Shown here one piece after another: positions 11,166 to 24,086 of a stretch of 38,778 nt of DNA. This DNA comes from Octopus sinensis (taxonomy: Eukaryota), in NCBI RefSeq assembly GCF_006345805.1, contig NW_021835767.1:1-38778 (forward strand), written 5' to 3'. Both the position numbers and the translations under genes were made by a program. A model generated the notes under the pieces. That model did no database searches, had not been told where the DNA came from, and saw nothing but the letters and a program-made list of their open reading frames with translations. Each line of letters opens with the position of its first letter. Within the stretch, counting starts at the first letter, position 1.

Positions 11166-11534
11166 AAACAAGATCGTTCAGAGAGCGCAAACCTCCGCCA
11201 CGGCAACACCTATGTCCTCTCAAAGATTAGCCAGAGATGATTTTTAAAACGAGAATATCTGAAATAAACTCGGATGCTCTCACAAACAAGAATACTAAAA
11301 ATGAACCAGACCGCTCTAAAAAATTAAGTAAAGAAACAGAAAAATAATCCAAAATCCTTGTCTGGCACGAGATCGATCCCTAAATCTAATTAGTTCGTGC
11401 CAGTCACGAGGCCAAATATCTCTGAAAGTTTCATCCAAATCCATCCAGCGGTTCTTGAGATATCTTTTCCATGGATTAACAAACAAACGCGACTGCAAAC
11501 TATTCCTCCGCTTTATTGAAGGTGGAGGTAATAA
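11166..11534 (-). mobile_element. Helentron-associated non-autonomous element (HINE/DINE-1-like)
   Basis: Subterminal inverted repeats ACCTCCGCC (11191-11199) / GGTGGAGGT (11521-11529), an adjacent partial inverted copy CCTCCGC (11505-11511), a short (AAAC)n tract, an AAGTTTCATCCAAATCC motif, A/T-run flanks and no TSD. Confidence 0.7.
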
Positions 11535-11640
11535 ATAAATAAATAATAATAAATAATATACACACACGCATATATACTCATATTACTCATATATTATATA
11601 TACAGAGAGAGAGCTAGAGAGAGAGATGTATACATATGTA

Positions 11641-11689
<49 letters not shown>

Positions 11690-11734
11690 TATATATAATA
11701 TATATTATATATATATATATGTGTGTGTGTGGTG

Positions 11735-11766
<32 letters not shown>

Positions 11767-12792
11767 TTATATATATAATCACATTCAATTATACACACCT
11801 TCCGCAGCATCTTATATATATATGATAGAACATATGTTCGAATAAGTTATGGTGCAGAAGATGTATATAATTGTGTGTATAAGCATACATACATACTTAC
11901 AGACATGTATATATGAATGTGTATATATATACATATTATATATATATATATATTGAAATATATACATAAGTGTTTACGCACACTCAAACATTCACGCGGT
12001 ATGCTGTACGTGTGTCAGTTTGTGTACACATGTTCACATACTTGAGTGTATATGTGTATTTTCAAGAAGTCGTTTGTGTCTGAGTGTGTGTGCGCACACG
12101 TGCTGTGTGTATGTGTGTGTATGTCTGTCTGTCTACATGTTTGTTATGTGAGTAGATATGTGGAGTAAAGGTAAGGGGGCGCTAGCAGCTATAGATAGAC
12201 ATGTGTTTACCTTTTCGCATAATCACAAGACAGGTGAGACAATCAGAACCGGAAGGGTATTTCAAGACTTTGTGATTGATTACTTGTAACTATCGACACC
12301 TTTAGAGGTAGAGATGGTGATGGGGGTGTTATACGTTGGGTGTTAGGGGTAAGAGCCAGGGATAGATATTTGGGGATAGATCCTATGTTAGGATGTTGCG
12401 TTGATAGTGTTGGTAATGGTGGCGGTGGTGCTGTAGAAGTCTCTATTTATTTTGCATCACTTTTTTCTTGTAGTGTACAATTTTTTAATTTTTTTAGTTT
12501 TTGACTGCAGAACGTTGTTTACTGTTAACTGGCTGTTGGTGTGTTCGGTGTAGTAATAGTGGTGGTGGTGAAGCTTGAGCTGCTTCTGGTGGTGGTGGTG
12601 GTGGTGGTGGTGTTAATAGTACTTGTAGTGTTGAAAAATACATTTTCCGTATTCAAAATATGCTTAGAATGGCGTTTTAATGAATTTCTGTAGAAACTTT
12701 TGGATTCTGCTATCACCAGATTGACATCAAACAAGAAAACCAATGAACGAATTCGCTAAAGTAGCAACTATTGCGTTGATATCACAACTGTT

Positions 12793-13098
12793 GGTCGGCC
12801 TAGGTCGCCTTTGCCTTTCAGCCTTTCGGGTTGATAAAATAAATACCAGTCACGTACTGGGGTTGATGTGATCGACCATTGCCTCCCTCCAAATTTCAGG
12901 GCTATTGCCTATAGTACAAAGGATATTAGATCCGTTGATTAGGCGGCGGCTAGTCCGCATAGTCGTTAGCACACTGGGCAAAATGCTTAGCAGCATTTCC
13001 TCTGTCTTTACCTTCTGCGTCAGGTTGACTTTGCCTATCATTTTCTCGGAGCTAGGTGAAATAAGCAACAGTTAAACACTGATGTTGATATTATCGAC
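12793..13098 (+). mobile_element. Two diverged family-B SINE pieces (12793-12930 and 12941-13098)
   Basis: GGTCGCCTTTGCCTTTCAGCCTTTCGGGTTGATAAAATAAATACCAG core, and AGGCGGCG...GTCGTTAGCAC..GGGCAAAATGCTTAGC head. Confidence 0.8.
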
Positions 13099-13573
13099 AA
13101 ATCCAAGTGAGAAAGACATCCAAAAGATGCCATCCAAAGTAAAGTCCATTGATTCATTGATTCATTATTTTATTCGCGTGAGTTTACGGGAGCCCCCGTG
13201 AACTAAACGAGACTTTTTTCCAAAATGGAGGCGAACACCTTTCTCCATGTTATCGGCTTGAAAAATTGTTGAGACACTAGGATATTTTCCTACTTGTCTT
13301 AACATGAAACTAATAGTAGTCTTAATTCACAATTAATTTACTGGCCTTGTCCCCAAAATTTGAAACCGATTTTACAACTGCTTGCGTGACATATTTTGAT
13401 TGCATCACTTTCAGGTTTTCAGTTTCTAAGTACATGTTTGTTATTGATACTACTCAATACTATGATCAACCATGATCGATAAAAATCTATCGTCGAAAGC
13501 TACCACCCAACTTAACTAGGCTTGAGTTGAAAAGATGTCATTGTCTCTGTATTATGTTCAGTTATCTCTATCG

Positions 13574-13705
13574 TCCCATCTGTTGAAGCTTTGCGCCAGA
13601 GCTTGAATCTTTGTTAATGGTATTCTCGTACATTCTTTAGGCATTGTCTGTCCATCTTTTCTTCTAACTGTCCCTCCTTTTTCACTCTCTACGATTTCTG
13701 TAGAT
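13574..13705 (-). mobile_element. Decayed RTE-clade LINE ORF C-terminus
   Basis: Minus strand reads KKRWTDNA, frameshift, KECTRIPLTKIQALAQSFNRW, matching the RTE terminal pattern KRWxDNIKEWT...A.DR..W. Confidence 0.5.
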
Positions 13706-13864
13706 TTTGCTGCATGATCACACCCCTCTCAGCTTTATTTTTGTTTTAGCTTTGCGACATCACACACATACATATACATCTACGCAAACACGCACACACA
13801 CAACACACACACACACACACACACACACAGAATCAATTCAAATAAACAAAAATTGAAAAGATAA

Positions 13865-13918
13865 ATAGATGGATAGATAGATAGATATATAGATAGATAG
13901 ATAGACAGATAGACAGAT

Positions 13919-13952
<34 letters not shown>

Positions 13953-13958
13953 TCAGAC

Positions 13959-14041
<83 letters not shown>

Positions 14042-14065
14042 CAGACAGATAGATAGATAGATAGT

Positions 14066-14126
<61 letters not shown>
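13865..14126. repeat. (TAGA)n/(CAGA)n tetranucleotide array
   Basis: Read directly, about 260 bp. Confidence 0.97.
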
Positions 14127-14128
<2 letters not shown>

Positions 14129-14508
14129 ATTTATTAAACTACGTTGTCAACACATGCACAGTTATACAAACTAGATTGACAATTTTAGTGAATTCCTAGT
14201 TCCCGATACAGTATAATGTATAGATTATAAATAGCTATAAGATATTAAATTTTCCTGCAGACTTACTTTATAGATATTGGAATTATTTATCTGATGAAGA
14301 TCTAATGGGACAGGACAATAGTTATATCCACCACATTGGTCTTTGTTCTTTGAGAGATATATATAATCATGTTCTGGCCACTTTGTTTATTTTCAACAAC
14401 GAGGTTAAAACTGTATACGTGTGTGTATGTGTATGCGTGTGATATACATACATACATACATACATACATACATACATACATACATACATACTACATACAT
14501 ACATACAT

Positions 14509-14553
<45 letters not shown>

Positions 14554-15382
14554 CTATGTATATATGAATGTATATTTATACATATATATTATGTATACGG
14601 GTAGATAGATATATATACAGATAGATAAATAGTCAGATAAATAGAGAGAAACAGATGCACACAAAATAACAAATATATACATATTTATATGTAACATACA
14701 CACATATACAAATACCCAATATATATGTGTGTATATATCTATCTATGTATCTATATTTAAATATATATGTATATGTGTGTGTGTGTGTATATATATGCAG
14801 AAACATCTATCTGAAAACATGAAGAAAACAAAAGAAAAAGCAGAGGGAATACAAAAGAAGTACGATGTAATTGCAAGGTAAAAAAAAATAGCAAATAAAT
14901 ATGGCAACCAAAAGAACATCAAAAATCAAACCAGTTTCACATTTCCTCGTAATATACAAGTTATGCTTTTTATCAGGACTACGAGCCTGGTTTCGTGTTC
15001 GAACCTACATCCTGCTTACACCGACAAAAAATAAATTGAAAATATATGAACAAACACCTAAAAGCATATCAAAAAGAAATAAACGTAAAAATTTAGCGGC
15101 TATAATGCACGGCTTCCGGTGGAAAGCTTATATTGCGCCTGCGTCGAGTAGTATTGGTACCGGAAGCTATTAGTTGTGTGTTCGTATATTTCGGTCTCTT
15201 AAAACCCTTCGCTCTCTCTTGTTTTATTTTGGTTGAAAGGAGAAGCTGCATAACGATGTTGTTGTTGTTGTTGTTGTTGCTGTTGTTCTTAATATTGCTG
15301 ATGTGTTTGTTTTAGTGGATGTATTAGTGCTCCTCGGTGTGGGACTGCTGATGTTGCTGCTGCGTTTTTTTGTTGTTGTTCA

Positions 15383-15836
15383 TGATGATGATGTTGATGA
15401 TGATGATAATGATGACGACGACAACGACGAAAAGAGGGTGAGGATGGTTATGATGATGATGACGACAATGATGGCGGTAACAATAATGATGACGATGATG
15501 ATGATGCTGTCGATGATGACGGTGATGTTGATGACAATGATGATGATGATGATGATGATGATGATGTTGACGATAATGACGATGATGGTGATGCTATTAA
15601 TGATGCTGATGTTGATGACGATGATGATGATGATGATGATGCTGATGCTGATGATGCTGATGATGATAACGACGATGATGGTAACGACGATGATGATGAT
15701 GGTGATGATAATGATACTGACGATGATGGCAATGATGATGACGATGATGGTGATGAGGATGTTGATGAAGATGTTGATGATGGTGACGACGATGAAGTCG
15801 ACGACGACAGTGATGATGATGAAGATGACGATGAAG
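15383..15836. repeat. Degenerate (GAT)n array
   Basis: Read directly; source of the poly-Met and poly-Ser pseudo-ORFs. Confidence 0.95.
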
Positions 15837-16310
15837 CTGGTGTCAGGGTCGCTGTCGGAGAACTGACGTTGTTTTTGTAATATCCATCTCTATACCGTTA
15901 TTCCTCTTATGTCTGTTACCGTTCATCTTCAATTTCTCTGTTTTTATTATCGCTCCTGTTGCTGTTGTTGTTGTTGCTGGCATTTCTGATTTCTGTATTG
16001 TTTCCAATGTTTTTATAGCTGCTGTTGTTGCTGTTGTTGTAGTCGTTGCTCTATGCACTACTGCTGTTTCTTTTTCTTTTTTCCCCCTATGATATGAATA
16101 TTGACGTCGCTATTGTATTTTGTTGCTTGTACACTAAGCTGTTTTTGGTGGGTTTTTTTCTGGAGTTAATGGGGACGGTGATAGGAATAATGAAAACGAA
16201 GAGGACGACGATTGCAATGATGATGATGATGATGATGAGGATGATCATAATGATGATAATAATGGGTGGGGGCCGCGTGTGTGTATACGGTGTATGGTGG
16301 AGATGATGGT

Positions 16311-16401
16311 ATCGATTGGCGCCAGTGATGTGACGCCGTGATGTTCTAGCAAAATCGAATCGGCAATCCGGTTTCGTCTCCCACTTTGAAACGATTCGCG
16401 C
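16311..16401. promoter_or_regulatory. Candidate regulatory island (CCAAT, E2F-like and CHR-like motifs)
   Basis: ATTGG 16315-16319, TTGGCGCCA 16316-16324, TGACG 16331-16335, TTTGAA 16385-16390, TTCGCGC 16395-16401; CpG-dense. Confidence 0.3.
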
Positions 16402-16839
16402 TCGTCTATTAGAAAACTATAAACAGCACTTCATTGCACATGTACACGCGCTTATCCCTCCCACACACACATACATACAGATATACACACACAAATATAT
16501 ATCCGTATGTGCGTATATATGTATCTATTTATAAATATACGCATGCACATAAACACATACTCTCAAACACAAATATATGCGTGAGCTTAATTTTTTACAC
16601 ACACCACGCACACACACACACGCGCGCGCGCGCACATATTTATACACAAACACACACACGCGTATATATTTCAGTAAAACACGTTTTTCAAGATAAGTGG
16701 TAGTGTTTACTCTCACATATATACATACATGCATACATACATACATGAATACTCCATACATATGCATATATATATATATATATATGTGCATATATAATAT
16801 ATATACATATATATATATATATTATATATATATATATAT

Positions 16840-16917
<78 letters not shown>

Positions 16918-17347
16918 GCATATGTATAAGTATATGTTTGTATTTGTGTATGTAAGTATGTATGTATTATGTATGCACGTATGAAAATGAAAATGAAAAT
17001 ATATTAACTGTTTCCAAACAATAATTTACTGTAAATATATCTATGTGTATATATTCACATAGTGAGTTTTACATATACAACACACGCACAGGGGTAAAAA
17101 AAAGTGACGGAGAAAAGATCACGTGTTACTTAATGTCATTTGTATGGAGAAAAGTTTTCCGTGCGAACAAATTTTACGAAAGACATTTTGTAGTAGAAAA
17201 ATGTTATATATCACTGACCATGTCCAGGTTTTCTTTGTCGTTCAGCTGAAGGTTCTAGGTGATGTTCCATTGAATCTAACGACCATATACATACATACAT
17301 ACATACATACATACATACATACATACATACATACACACACATAACAC

Positions 17348-17387
<40 letters not shown>

Positions 17388-17416
17388 CATACATACATAC
17401 ATACTTACATACATAT

Positions 17417-17447
<31 letters not shown>

Positions 17448-17584
17448 TACACTTATGTATATGTATTCGTTTCAGCCATGCGGTTGTAGTCATGCTGGAA
17501 CACCCCCATAAAATTTGTACTCTTGCATATCATTCTTCTTTAGCTGATTTCTCTATGCACAACTCCTACATGTGCTTTTGCTTC

Positions 17585-18854
17585 TGATTGTTGGCCCATT
17601 TGGAGCATTTGGTTCCCCTGGTATCGTGGATAATACCGTTTGGTTCCCCCGGTGTCGTGGATAAGAGAATGTCTAGTTCCTCTTTGAAGGCATTCACGTC
17701 CACATAGTGTAGGTTTCTTAATTCATTTTTGCCGCTGAATTGAAGATCTCGGAAAATTTGAATCTTAAGCTATTGCAGTATCTGGTGATGACTTTAGATG
17801 GGGTGGACGGCACCTTTGGTACAATACAATGACGTCCAGTTCGAACATTTGTATAACACTCGATGCCGAAATTCGGGACAAGCTCTCTCTTTTACTCTTT
17901 TACTCTTTTACTTGTTTCAGTCATTTGACTGCGGCCATGCTGGAGCACCGCCTTTAGTCGAGCAAATCGACCCCGGGACTTATTCTTTGTAAGCCCAGTA
18001 CTTATTCTATCGGTCTCTTTTGCCGAACCGCTAAGTGACGAGGACGTAAACACACCAGCATCGGTGTCAGCATGCTAGGGGGACAAACACAGACACACAA
18101 ACACACACATATATATATATATATACATATATACGACAGGCTTCTTTCAGTTTCCGTCTACCAAATCCACTCACAAGGCATTGGTCGGCCCGGGGCTATA
18201 GCAGAAGACACTCACCCAAGATGCCACGCAGTGGGACTGAACCCGGAACAATGTGGTTGGTTAGCAAACTACTTACCACACAGCCACTCCTGCGCCTTCA
18301 AGAATTTTTCATATTTAGATTATTACATATCTGTCATTTCTTGGCGCCAAAGAGTAAACTCGTATTTTTTCCATCCTCTCCCCGTAGTTCATTTATTGCA
18401 CGGTTACAATCATTTTAGTGTAGTGACCGCTTCAAGCACCGCTGTTTGTTATATGGTAACCAGAACTGAGAGCAGTATCCCGAGCGGGTAAGAACAAACG
18501 TCATTCACAGGGTCAATATAACTTCGCAATATCTTGTCTTAAAAGACATTAGTATCCATCCTATAAGTTATCTTCAGTGCATATGAAATGATGCATCATT
18601 ACACATATTGGTCCCCAACCCAAGTCTTTCGCAGTTGTAATTTTGAGATTGCAGTGCCTTTGGGTCTTGTATCTGTAGGCTGTGGTGCATTAGCGAGCTG
18701 ATAAGGCAACGATTAAAATTTTCCAGCATGGTGTTTTCTTCATCCACTTGTTGACAGCATTTAGGTCCCGCTATACACCTGTGACATTGTCTGGGCTTTT
18801 TACTGGCTGTGATAATTTTGTATCATCGGCTTTCTGAGTGACCACGGGAATGTC
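17585..18854 (-). mobile_element. Older CR1/L2-group LINE (different subfamily), decayed and split by a SINE
   Basis: Minus strand reads ADDTKL, GWILMSFKTR, YCSQFW, RVYSLAPRNDRY, KILEG, then the SINE, then LVPNFGIECYTNVRTGRHC...FKEELDILLS; multiple stops and frameshifts. Confidence 0.85.
17884..18297 (-). mobile_element. tRNA-derived SINE family A, full length
   Basis: Minus strand: AGGCGCAGGAGTGGCTGTGTGG (A box), GGTTCAGTCCC (B box), internal (TA)n/(TG)n, tail (GTAAAAGA)3. Confidence 0.93.
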
Positions 18855-18862
18855 TATATATA

Positions 18863-19065
18863 GTTAATCCAAATAAACAAAGAGAACACACAACAGCGCG
18901 AGGACGAGGAAAAAGTATAGTGTTATTGGACGCTCAGGAAAGGAAAGACAGAAGGAGGATTTAACGTTTCGAGCGGAGCTCTTCGTTAGAAATATAGAAA
19001 AAATGAAAAAGTCCAAAGAAAGGAAGACGGAGAAAGAAAATCGCCAACGATACACACACGATCAC
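18863..19065 (-). mobile_element. Probable Penelope-like terminal repeat fragment
   Basis: A second copy of its end lies at 29762-29825; borders (TA)n; carries a minimal hammerhead-like fold at 18959-18993. Confidence 0.6.
18959..18993 (-). ncRNA. Degenerate minimal type I hammerhead ribozyme
   Basis: RNA: AUUU CUAACGA A GAGC UCC GCUC GAAACGU U AAAU; core position G5 is A. Confidence 0.5.
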
Positions 19066-19069
19066 ATAT

Positions 19070-19100
<31 letters not shown>

Positions 19101-19154
19101 CATACATACATACATATATACATACATACATGCATGCATGCATACATACATACA

Positions 19155-19188
<34 letters not shown>

Positions 19189-19202
19189 CATGCATGCATA
19201 CA

Positions 19203-19236
<34 letters not shown>

Positions 19237-19250
19237 CATACATACATACA

Positions 19251-19281
<31 letters not shown>
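19066..19281. repeat. (CATA)n array
   Basis: Read directly. Confidence 0.97.
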
Positions 19282-19282
<1 letters not shown>

Positions 19283-20143
19283 CGCATATATATAAATATG
19301 TATGAGTGTGTTTATATATATTAGCACTGTTATGCAAATTAGGTTATACAATTCTGCTTTGCCTGAATTAGTGTATAGTATTAGAAGCTGTTACCTACTA
19401 TTCCTTTTGTGGAGATGAAAGGGCAACCAATGCCTAATGAAGTGTTAATAAATGTTGATACTAACTAAATCATTATCTTTTTTCTGCTGAACGAAATTCA
19501 TGTATATTACCGACGGTATCTACTTTATACAGCGAGGTTGAAATATGGGATCATTGAAAACACCTGCTCTTAAGTGTAATGTACGTTTCTACTTATCCCA
19601 CCGCAGTGTAGAGCTTATAATTAATTTTTATATGTGTGTGTGTGTATTTGTGCGTGTTTGTGTGTGGTCTGTTTGTATTTGTGTCGGTGTGCGTGTGTAT
19701 GTGCGTACGTGTCTTCATAATATATGTGTATGAATATATCTAAACGTATATATAAATATATATGCAATATGTATGTTGTATTATATAATATATATATATA
19801 TATATATAGATGCATACATACATACATACACACATACATACCCAACGGGCAACACATTATATATACATATATAGATATATATATATATAGATATAATATG
19901 CATATAAATACATACACACAACAACACACCAACACATACCCTACCCACACCATATACATACTACATATATATACATATAATATATATAATATAATATGTT
20001 GGGCATTTCTTAAGAATAGTTAATTTACTTAATATCTACTTATCGATGTATCTATGAATATATGTGTTTATGTATACAGAGAGAGGGGGAGAGAAAGAAA
20101 GAGAAAAAGAGAGAAAGGCATATATATATATATGTATATACTT

Positions 20144-20163
20144 AGATAGATAGATAAATAGAT

Positions 20164-20223
<60 letters not shown>

Positions 20224-20252
20224 TTGGGACAAAACGGCTAAGAAAGAAACAG

Positions 20253-20288
<36 letters not shown>

Positions 20289-20344
20289 GAGCGAAAGAAC
20301 TGGGGAAAAGATGAGCGACGAGAGGAGAGAGCGAAGGAGAGAGC

Positions 20345-20392
<48 letters not shown>

Positions 20393-20396
20393 GAGA
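20144..20396. repeat. (TAGA)n followed by (GA)n polypurine tract
   Basis: Read directly. Confidence 0.95.
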
Positions 20397-20915
20397 TCAA
20401 AACTGTGAAGAACAAAAAGATAGAAAAGTGACAGAGTGAGAGAAATGGTGGGAAGAAATATACACGCTTATAACTAGTAAATATATTTCATAAACAAATC
20501 AAAAAGTAGAATATAAAAAGTCTATTTCAACCCCTATCCACTCACCAACTTTCCAGCTCCAGAAAAAAATATGAAAATAAATATATATAATAGCAACCAG
20601 AAAGGAATATCGAAAAGAAAAATAAATATACCAAGCGAACAATATGAAAATCAAATTGAAAATTTTAGATTTGCCTAAAGGAGAATGATGATTAGGGGAC
20701 ATCTCTGCATTTATTTAAAATTTTGACATTATATGCTTGTGTTTGTGTAAACGTGATTGTGTGTGTGCGTGTGTGTGTGTGTGCGTGTGCGTGTGTGTGC
20801 TTGTGTGTGTGTGTGTGCTTGTGTGTGTGTGTGTGTGTGTGTGTGGTTGTGTGTGTGTCTATTTTGATTTGATTTGATTCATTTCGAAGTGTTTTTAGCT
20901 GTAAAACGCTTCACA

Positions 20916-21076
20916 AAGATGGCGGTGTCTTCGTAGTTGTGGCGAGAAAATGGCTACTTCAAAATTTGATCGTTCAACTTCGCCTGCAACGCTATGTAAA
21001 GGCAGGCAACCGCCTTTACTTTCTTTTAATTTTAATTTTTTTCTTTTTTGTTATGCGATGGCGCAGGGCGGATTGG
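20916..21076 (+). promoter_or_regulatory. Candidate promoter-like island (two YY1-type motifs, GC box, CCAAT)
   Basis: AAGATGGCGG 20916-20925, AAAATGGCT 20947-20955, GGGCGG 21066-21071 abutting ATTGG 21072-21076. Confidence 0.35.
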
Positions 21077-22000
21077 GCTGAGACAGCTTGTATGTTTTTG
21101 CTTATTTGTTTGTTTCATCGTGTATGTATATGCATATCTGAGTATATATATATATAATTATATCAATCTGTATGAGTTTGTGTTGATTTTTCGTGTGTTT
21201 TGTGGTAGGAGTAGATTGTGTTATAGGGGCGATTGTGCTTCTGGTTTATGTTTTTTATAGGTGTGTTTTCGTCGATGTAGTTGGTGGTCGTCGTATTAAT
21301 ATTATGGTTTATCATCCTATGTATTGTTGCTCATTGTGTTGATTTTGTTCATGATAGTCTCTGTTTTATTTTTGTTGTCATCGTTGTTGCTGTTGGTAAT
21401 AACGTACTTATTGTTGTCATTTGTTGTACATATTGTTGAGGATATTTCTGTTATAATTTGTTGATTGAATTTGTTGTGTTATTTTGGTTGTTTTGGATGA
21501 GGATGCTAAAATAGTTGCTGCTATTGTCGTTTATTGCGGTCGTATTTAGGCAATGATTGCGTTGTTATTTTGTCCATTGTGATTGTATATTCCTGTTATC
21601 TTTGTTGATCTTTATTAATCATATTAGTATTGCTGTATAAGGTATTTATATATCTGTCTTTAGAATTGTGGTTGCGTTGTAGATATCTGTAAGGCGTCTA
21701 GGTTTGTGCTGTTGTTGTAAGGTTCAACATAACGCTGTTATTGTTGTTGTCGTTGTTGTTTTAAACTGTTATTTTTGTAGCAATTGCGTGGTGAAGGTAT
21801 GGCTGTTGGAGCGATTCTGGCTGGTCCTTAGTTATTTCTATATTTGTAGCAGTTGATGGTAATTTTCGTGTGGTTTTGGTGTTGTTTATGACAGCAAACT
21901 CTCGAATCAAGTGACAAAAAGAACAATTAGTAGAAATACAAACACATACATAGCGATATACGGAGAGTTATAACCGATATATGTGTGTGTGTGTGTGTGG

Positions 22001-22033
<33 letters not shown>

Positions 22034-22340
22034 TCATATATATATATGTATGTGCATGTATGTATATATATAAACATATATATTCTAGTGTGTGTGTATA
22101 TATATATATACACACACACATAGTTATATGTATATATGTATTTGTATGTATTTATATATCCATACATTTACATATATATGTATGCATTTATATACATATG
22201 CGTATATATATATGTGTGTGTGTGTATGTGTGTGTGTAAATATATGGATGTAAATAAATACATACAAATATACATATATCTATGTATGTGTGTATATATA
22301 TAGTATATATATATACATACATACATACATATATATATAT

Positions 22341-22385
<45 letters not shown>

Positions 22386-22448
22386 TATGTCTATATCAAA
22401 ATTATTCTCCCTCCCCCTCTTTACATACATGAGCGGTTTTATGTATAA

Positions 22449-22486
<38 letters not shown>

Positions 22487-24086
22487 TGGTGTGTGTATGT
22501 ATGTATATTATATATATATATATATATATTTATGTATACACACATACACACACACATATATGTATATATATATATCAGTAAATATATGTAAGGGTGTATA
22601 AATATACATGTATATACGAGTGTATATATTGAATATACGCACCTAAACAAATAAACAAAGAGCAGCTTGATCACAAACAAACTCAGATGTTTACAAATAC
22701 ACAGACTCAAACATACAGAATGTTACACAATATGGGAGGCAGAACAATATTTCCAAACGCTCTTGTACGCAATATAGATGCACATACACACATAAGACCC
22801 ATACACAAACAAAGATTCTCCGGCATGCACACTCAGGCATGTGTATAGGAAGATACACATATCCACTGCACAGAGAAATAGTCATATAAAAAAGAACATT
22901 TGCTAACTTAATATCACATGCATACATACGCATAACACAATTTCTTTCCCTGTATCTGTAACGTATTCCCACATTAGATATCGTATACACATACATTTGT
23001 GTGATTATATATATATATATACGACATATACACACATGTGTATATACAAGCATACACAGACACAGATACGTATACATGTGTGTATGTATGTATGTGTATA
23101 TATATGTATATGTATATACATATATATAGAAAGTTGGGAGAATGATATATATACATACATCTACATATGAATGCCACTTAACTACAGCACCTTGTTGAAC
23201 AACATGCTATAAATATCATATCCGCAGGTATGTGGTTTCGGGAGAATGGCGAAATTAAATACAGCACATACAGGTAAGGAGGCGGGAAGATGTATTATTT
23301 TTTGTTTCTAATTATATCTCACTTTCACTTTCTCTTTCGTATTATACAATATTTGTATATTTTTCGTTTTTGTCTCATTGCAAATTTTTCTATTATTCAT
23401 ATTTTGAATTAATTTTTTTATTTATGTTTTCCAGTATATTAAGAGGCATATTATTTTCTCGATGTTTATTGTTCTAGTTGTTTTGTTGTTGCTGGTGGTT
23501 ATGATGAGGGTGGGGGTAGGTCAGTATTTGTGCGACGAGTGTCACGATGATGATGATGACGATGTTGGTGATGATGATGATGCTGAGGATAGTATTGAGC
23601 AAGTTGGTGGTAGTGGTGATGGAAATGATGATAATAATGATGATGATGAGGAAGGACCACTACGATGACAACGAAATGATGACGACTACGACGACGACGA
23701 CGATGATGATCATGCTGATGATACTGATGATGAAAACGACTACGTACATGGAACCTACGATGATGATAATGATGATGATGATGTTATGATGATGTATTGA
23801 TAATGATGAAGATCATGATGATCATAATGATGATGCTATTTGTCGATAATTTGGTTATAGTTTTTGTTTGCGATGTTTGTGTCATTGCAATTGTTGTCGT
23901 TGTTATTGTCGTGGATATATATATATATATACTTGTTGTGCAAGATTTTTTTATGTGAAGTCGTGTGTTGAAACAGATATTGTTATATTTCGGAATGGTC
24001 ATATTGCCAGTTTAGCCAATAAAAACACACGCACTATATATTTGGTATTATTTTGCTTCAGTGACATTTATTTATTTTTTACATTG

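Noticed and set aside
12320-12380. Telomere-like or G-quadruplex tract
   Set aside because: Only one TTAGGG and irregularly spaced G-runs.
15303-15866. 187-aa Met-rich ORF
   Set aside because: A (GAT)n microsatellite.
19518-19590. Possible exon after TACTTTATACAG
   Set aside because: Stops in all three frames counted from the acceptor before the candidate donor, and the donor is weak.
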